NCBI RefSeq assembly: GCF_006345805.1
Contig: NC_043000.1
Coordinates: 7,998,001 to 8,062,000 of the forward strand
Direction: 5' to 3'
From: Octopus sinensis
Lineage: Eukaryota
Length of the DNA stretch: 64,000 nt
Shown: one piece after another, positions 59,811-64,000 of the stretch
Layout: every line of letters starts with the position of its first letter
Numbering within the stretch: position 1 is the stretch's first letter
Position numbers and translations under genes: made by a program
The notes under the pieces: model-generated
What the model saw: the letters and a program-made list of their open reading frames with translations, nothing else
What the model was told of the DNA's origin: nothing
Databases searched by the model: none

Positions 59811-60319
59811 GCACACACTTATGTATACATACAGACACACAATACCTACCCTCCACATCTTCATTTCAAATGACTGTAACGCTGTAACTCTTTACACAAA
59901 ATTATCTACAGAGAAACCAGACTGAAGTTTTGTTTTCTCTTTTTTAGTATTTCTACTAAATGCAAATAAAAGAGAGGCACCAAAGCAACTGCAACATTAG
60001 CGACATCACCAGCAACAATAACAGCAATAATGACACTGACAATAATAGGAACAGCGGCTGTAGCAAATATAGTAAAAAGAAGACTAAATAAAACCCAGTG
60101 TCTTGCATCAGTTTCTGCATTATATAAGTCCTACCTTTAAATTAGTAGGTTTAGAAATAATAGTAGCTAATTCAGACACAAGGCTAGCAATTTTGAGGAA
60201 AGGCTGGTTAGTCAATTACAGGCATGGCCAACCTTTCTTGAGAAGTGAGTTGCATGAGACATGGCTTGTCGTTTGGTGGGCCACACTGTTTAAAGAAACA
60301 GAGGTAATTTTTTAGCCAC

Positions 60320-60620
60320 ACCATTCAGAAAGTCCCACGGCTGGTTTATTACCCCAGTCAAAGAACTTGACTAACTGGCACTCTGTTGGTTATGATGATG
60401 AGTGCTCAAGTTGAGCCAATCATCAGAACAGCCTGCTCGTGAAATTAACATGCAAGTGGCTGAGCTCTCCACAGACATGCGTACCCTTAATGTAGTCCTC
60501 AAGGAGGTTCAACATGACACAGAATGTGACAAAACCAACCCCTTAAAATACAAGTACTACTCATTTTTGCCAGCTGAGTGGACTGGAGCAACGGCAAATA
60601 AAGGACACAATGCACCACTA
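60320..60620 (-). mobile_element. SINE (S4 body) carrying an extra GC-rich internal domain
   Basis: ACTCATTTTTGCCAGCTGAGTGGACTGGAGCAAC (reverse S4 body) preceded by ACAGCCTGCTCGTGAAATTAACATGCAAGTGGCTGAGC. Confidence 0.55.
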
Positions 60621-60703
60621 TTGAGTTCTATTTTTGAGTTCTATATTTTGAGTTCTGTTTTTCCTGTTTGCATCACCATATCTTTATTAAAGCTGAAACA
60701 GTC

Positions 60704-60883
60704 TTTACAAACTGTTACTCAGAGGTTCACATTACCATTTCTCAGACAATCACAATTATACTGGATGCTAAGGTCTGCATGTCCTGCGACTGCCACTGCT
60801 GAGGAAAACATTGATTATGTTTACCACATAATCACAACTGTCTGACAAACGGTAATGCAAAACTCTGAGTAACAGTTTGTGAA
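60704..60883. mobile_element. Hairpin MITE-like element (about 55-bp arms)
   Basis: TTTACAAACTGTTACTCAGAGGTTCACATTACCATTTCTCAGAC mirrored by GTCTGACAAACGGTAATGCAAAACTCTGAGTAACAGTTTGTGAA. Confidence 0.7.
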
Positions 60884-61950
60884 AGAGAGCAAAAAATTTG
60901 CTACTGATCTCTTAGATACCTACCAGATTGATCAGGTCGAAGGAAATGCACCAACTGCTGCTGCCAAGAAAATAAAATTAATTCCAAAGACAAAAGCACA
61001 TGAAAAATTAGCAAGCAGATGGGAACAGAAACCTCTGCATGGCAAGTAGATGACTCATAGTAAACAAGCTGATGTCGACCAGTAACACATGCATGAATGG
61101 TTACAAAGCTCAAGGCTAAAAGGAGAGTGAAGGTTTCATATTAGCTGCTCAAGACCAAAGCTTATTAACCCAGAACTACCAAGCCAATGTGATAAAAAAT
61201 GGAGCTGACTCAAAATGCCGATTCTGTAATGATGAGATTGAAACTATAGACCAACTAATCTCAGGGTGTAGAGTCTTAGAACCTGTAGAATATAAAACAA
61301 GACATGGCAGAGTCGGCCAGTATTTACACTGGACAATATGTCAGCATTATAAAATCAAAACCACTGACAAATGGTATAAAAAAACCATCCTGAAGCTGTG
61401 ACTGAGGGAGAGAGTATATCGATTCTATGGGACTTCCCCGTACATACCGACAAAACTATAAAAGCTAATAAACCGAATATTATTATAAAAGATCAGACAA
61501 AAAAGGTGTGTTTACTAATTGACATGAGTATTCCTTGCGATCACAATATAGCAGTGAAAGAATTTGACAAGATCAGTAAATATAAAGACTTGCTCATAGA
61601 AATTGAAAAAATGTGGCATCTCAAGGTGACTACAGTACCAGTGATTGTAGGATCTCTAGGAATGATAAAAAAAAGGTACTAAAACCTACTTGAAAATGAT
61701 ACCAGGCTTACCGTCTTTACAGGAAGTGCAAAAAATTGTATTAACTGGAATGGCTCATGTACTGAGAAGAGCATTATCGCTGTGAAAACAACATCTGTTC
61801 ATGAATTTAATTATTTATTAATTTTTTTAAATACATATTTTACCTGTGAATTTGCGTGTGTAATCTGGGAATGCATACAATGAGCTTCTCTGCCCTAGGT
61901 GTATGGAAAACACTCGGCCAGAAGTGGAAGAAAATTTGAAGAAAGAAGGA
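60884..61950 (+). mobile_element. 5'-truncated R4/Dong-like RLE retroelement (subfamily C)
   Basis: RWEQKPLHG...EGFILAAQDQSL...CRFCNDEIETIDQLISGC...RHGRV...KPNII...LIDMSIP...KYKDL; 3' UTR followed by (AAT)n. Confidence 0.9.
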
Positions 61951-61979
61951 AAAAAAAACAATAATAATAATAATAATAA

Positions 61980-62163
61980 CATTGAAAAATACCTTAGGAA
62001 TGAGAACTGAGGTTCGAAATTTTCCCAAGACACCTGATGAAGGCTGGAGGGTATATCAGCTGAAACATTGTGTTAACAACAAACAAGATGAGGACAAATA
62101 TCCTTCAAATGTAAATAAAGTAAATAATGTAAATAATTCCTCATCTCTTAAATATAGAATTGT
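61980..62163 (+). mobile_element. Short hammerhead-bearing repeat (Penelope-like terminal repeat or retrozyme fragment)
   Basis: Contains the 62030-62073 motif; part recurs at 48395-48482; no ORF. Confidence 0.5.
62030..62073 (+). ncRNA. Minimal type-I hammerhead ribozyme motif, stem III mutated
   Basis: ACAC-CTGATGA-A-GGCTG(GAGGGTATAT)CAGCT-GAAA-CA-TT-GTGT. Confidence 0.6.
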
Positions 62164-62289
62164 AAAACACTAGCTTGGATAAACTAAAGCAACCTGTATG
62201 GGGCAACATTATTGTATAAGAACAGGTCATCACCACTGGATATATTATGAATTATATCTTCAATTTCTACTTTACATAGGATAAAAGTC

Positions 62290-62790
62290 ATTTGTATAAT
62301 GTGTTTCTGAAGTAATGTGCCATATTTTATCAGGATGCTGGACACCAGCTCTCATAAAACAAATTTTAGGATACAATAAGATAGCGAAGCTGCTCTATTT
62401 ATCCGTGTCAATCTAATTGTGGTTCCTGAAATATAAAGATTTATGGAACTCATATGAACATTCATTGTCTTAGAAAATGACAATGTGAAAATATTATGGA
62501 ACTTTAGCATGCAGACAGACCACCAAATAGCACATAATTATTTTGACATTATTTTTCATGACGATAACGATGTTAATTTATTAATAATCAATATAGCAAT
62601 ATCAAGTGGCTGTAATGTTGTATAGAGACAAACTGAAAAACTATCAAGTGATATTGGCTTAGCTATTGAATTAGAAACATTATGGTAGTTAACTCCTGTA
62701 GTGCTTTCTCTTTGTAAATCTCTCGATCCTGTTTGAAACTAAAGATTTTGATGAAATGCTGTTAGTCCAATAAAAAAAATGTCATAAAAA
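62290..62790 (+). mobile_element. Very old R4/Dong-like RLE fragment (subfamily D)
   Basis: HILSGC...VLENDNVKILWNFSMQTDHQIAHN..DII...IINIAI...TEKL...LAIELETLW, with several stops. Confidence 0.65.
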
Positions 62791-62951
62791 TCTAACGATC
62801 ATATGAATTTGGATGAAATTTGCTGATAATCGTTAGTGTACATCGTGAGTGTGGTTTTTACTTGTTGATTATATAACTTTCACTTTCATTTTCTAAGGTA
62901 GGTTGAACACAGTTAAGTTGATTACAAGTAAATGTTTTCATATATATATTT

Positions 62952-63360
62952 AGGCATAGGAGTGGCTGTGTGGTAAGTAGCTTGCTTACCAACCACATGG
63001 TTCCGGGTTCAGTCCCACTGTGTGGCACCTTGGGAAAGTGTCTTCTACTATAGCCTTGGGCTGACCAAAGCCTTGTGAGTGGATTTGGTAGACAGAAACT
63101 GAAAGAAGCCCATCATATATATATATATGTATGTATGTGTGTATATGTTTGTGTGTCTGTGTTTGTGCCCTCAACATGACTTGACAACCGATGCTGGTGT
63201 GTTTACGTCCCTGTAACTTAGCGGTTCGGCAAAGAGTCCGATAGAATAATTACTAGGCTTTCAAAGAATAAGTCCTGGGGTCGATTTGCTCAACTAAAGA
63301 CGTTGCTCCAGCATGTCCACAGTCAAATGATTGAAACAAGTAAAAGAGTAAAAGAGTAAA
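62952..63360 (+). mobile_element. SINE S1, full length
   Basis: Complete head, internal tract and tail. Confidence 0.92.
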
Positions 63361-64000
63361 CTACTAATTTTGGTATTTACAAAATATTGATTTCTAGGCA
63401 TCAATTTCTTGTTCCACAGGTGAATTTGTGCTCCAGTTAGTCTTTGTAATTTTGGAAATGCACAACTCCCAAGAGATAAAGAATTTTGAGATATGACTTC
63501 ATCTTCATTTTGTAAGGCCCAACAAATTAGAGTTATTTACAACAGTTAGTGCTAATTTCAGTAATCATGCTCTCCTCATGTATTCACCAGTATGAAGAGA
63601 TGCTGCATTCTAAAATATGTCAGTAAATTAATGTTCTTCAATTCTTACCATTCATTAAAAAGTGCATTGATGTAATATGATATAATATGAACTAAGTGAT
63701 AATATCCTGCTCAGAACTGATAAATTTTATCATTTAGATGGCTGGTCTTTACAGATGTCACTGAAATATCATTCTAATTATTTTCTCCAAGTCTAAGCTT
63801 TCTTTCTCTAATTAAATCATGATAAATAAACAATATTTCGTTTTTGGATTTGGTTTGCAAGATTCTTTATATGAGTTCGTGTGTTGAAGCATATTCTGTT
63901 GTGTCTGGGGAGAGTCATTTTCTTTTTGCGCCTTATAATATAACACAATCACTGGTAAAATTTCCACTTTTTTCTTATTTTTATTTTCCTAAAATTTTCG

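Overview
AT-rich, microsatellite-saturated eukaryotic DNA; the repeat families look like an octopod cephalopod (inference from SINE/LINE content, not verified). I find no confidently identifiable host gene: most ORF-track entries are translated (CA)n/(TA)n/(CATA)n/(CAT)n microsatellites. The window is a nested transposon landscape. It holds a near-complete RTE LINE (19.7-23.4 kb) plus many 5'-truncated tails and a second RTE family ending in three C2H2 fingers. It also holds at least four subfamilies of RLE-type R4/Dong-like retroelements sitting mostly in (TAA)n tracts, the 5' half of a Tx1/L1-like LINE, CR1 ends and a Gypsy relic. DNA elements include a full-length DD34D mariner, DD37D maT and DD34E Tc1 relics, hAT/piggyBac/foldback MITEs and a non-autonomous Helitron-like element. 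Dozens of tRNA-derived SINEs are present, with working names S1 (internal microsatellite), S2 (GGGGTCGATAAA core) and S3/S4 (two heads sharing swappable tails). The most notable unannotated signals are three unrelated minimal type-I hammerhead-ribozyme folds (14.0, 53.0, 62.0 kb), microsatellite-associated retroelement stacking, and combinatorial SINE head/tail shuffling. Coordinates of degraded repeats are approximate.
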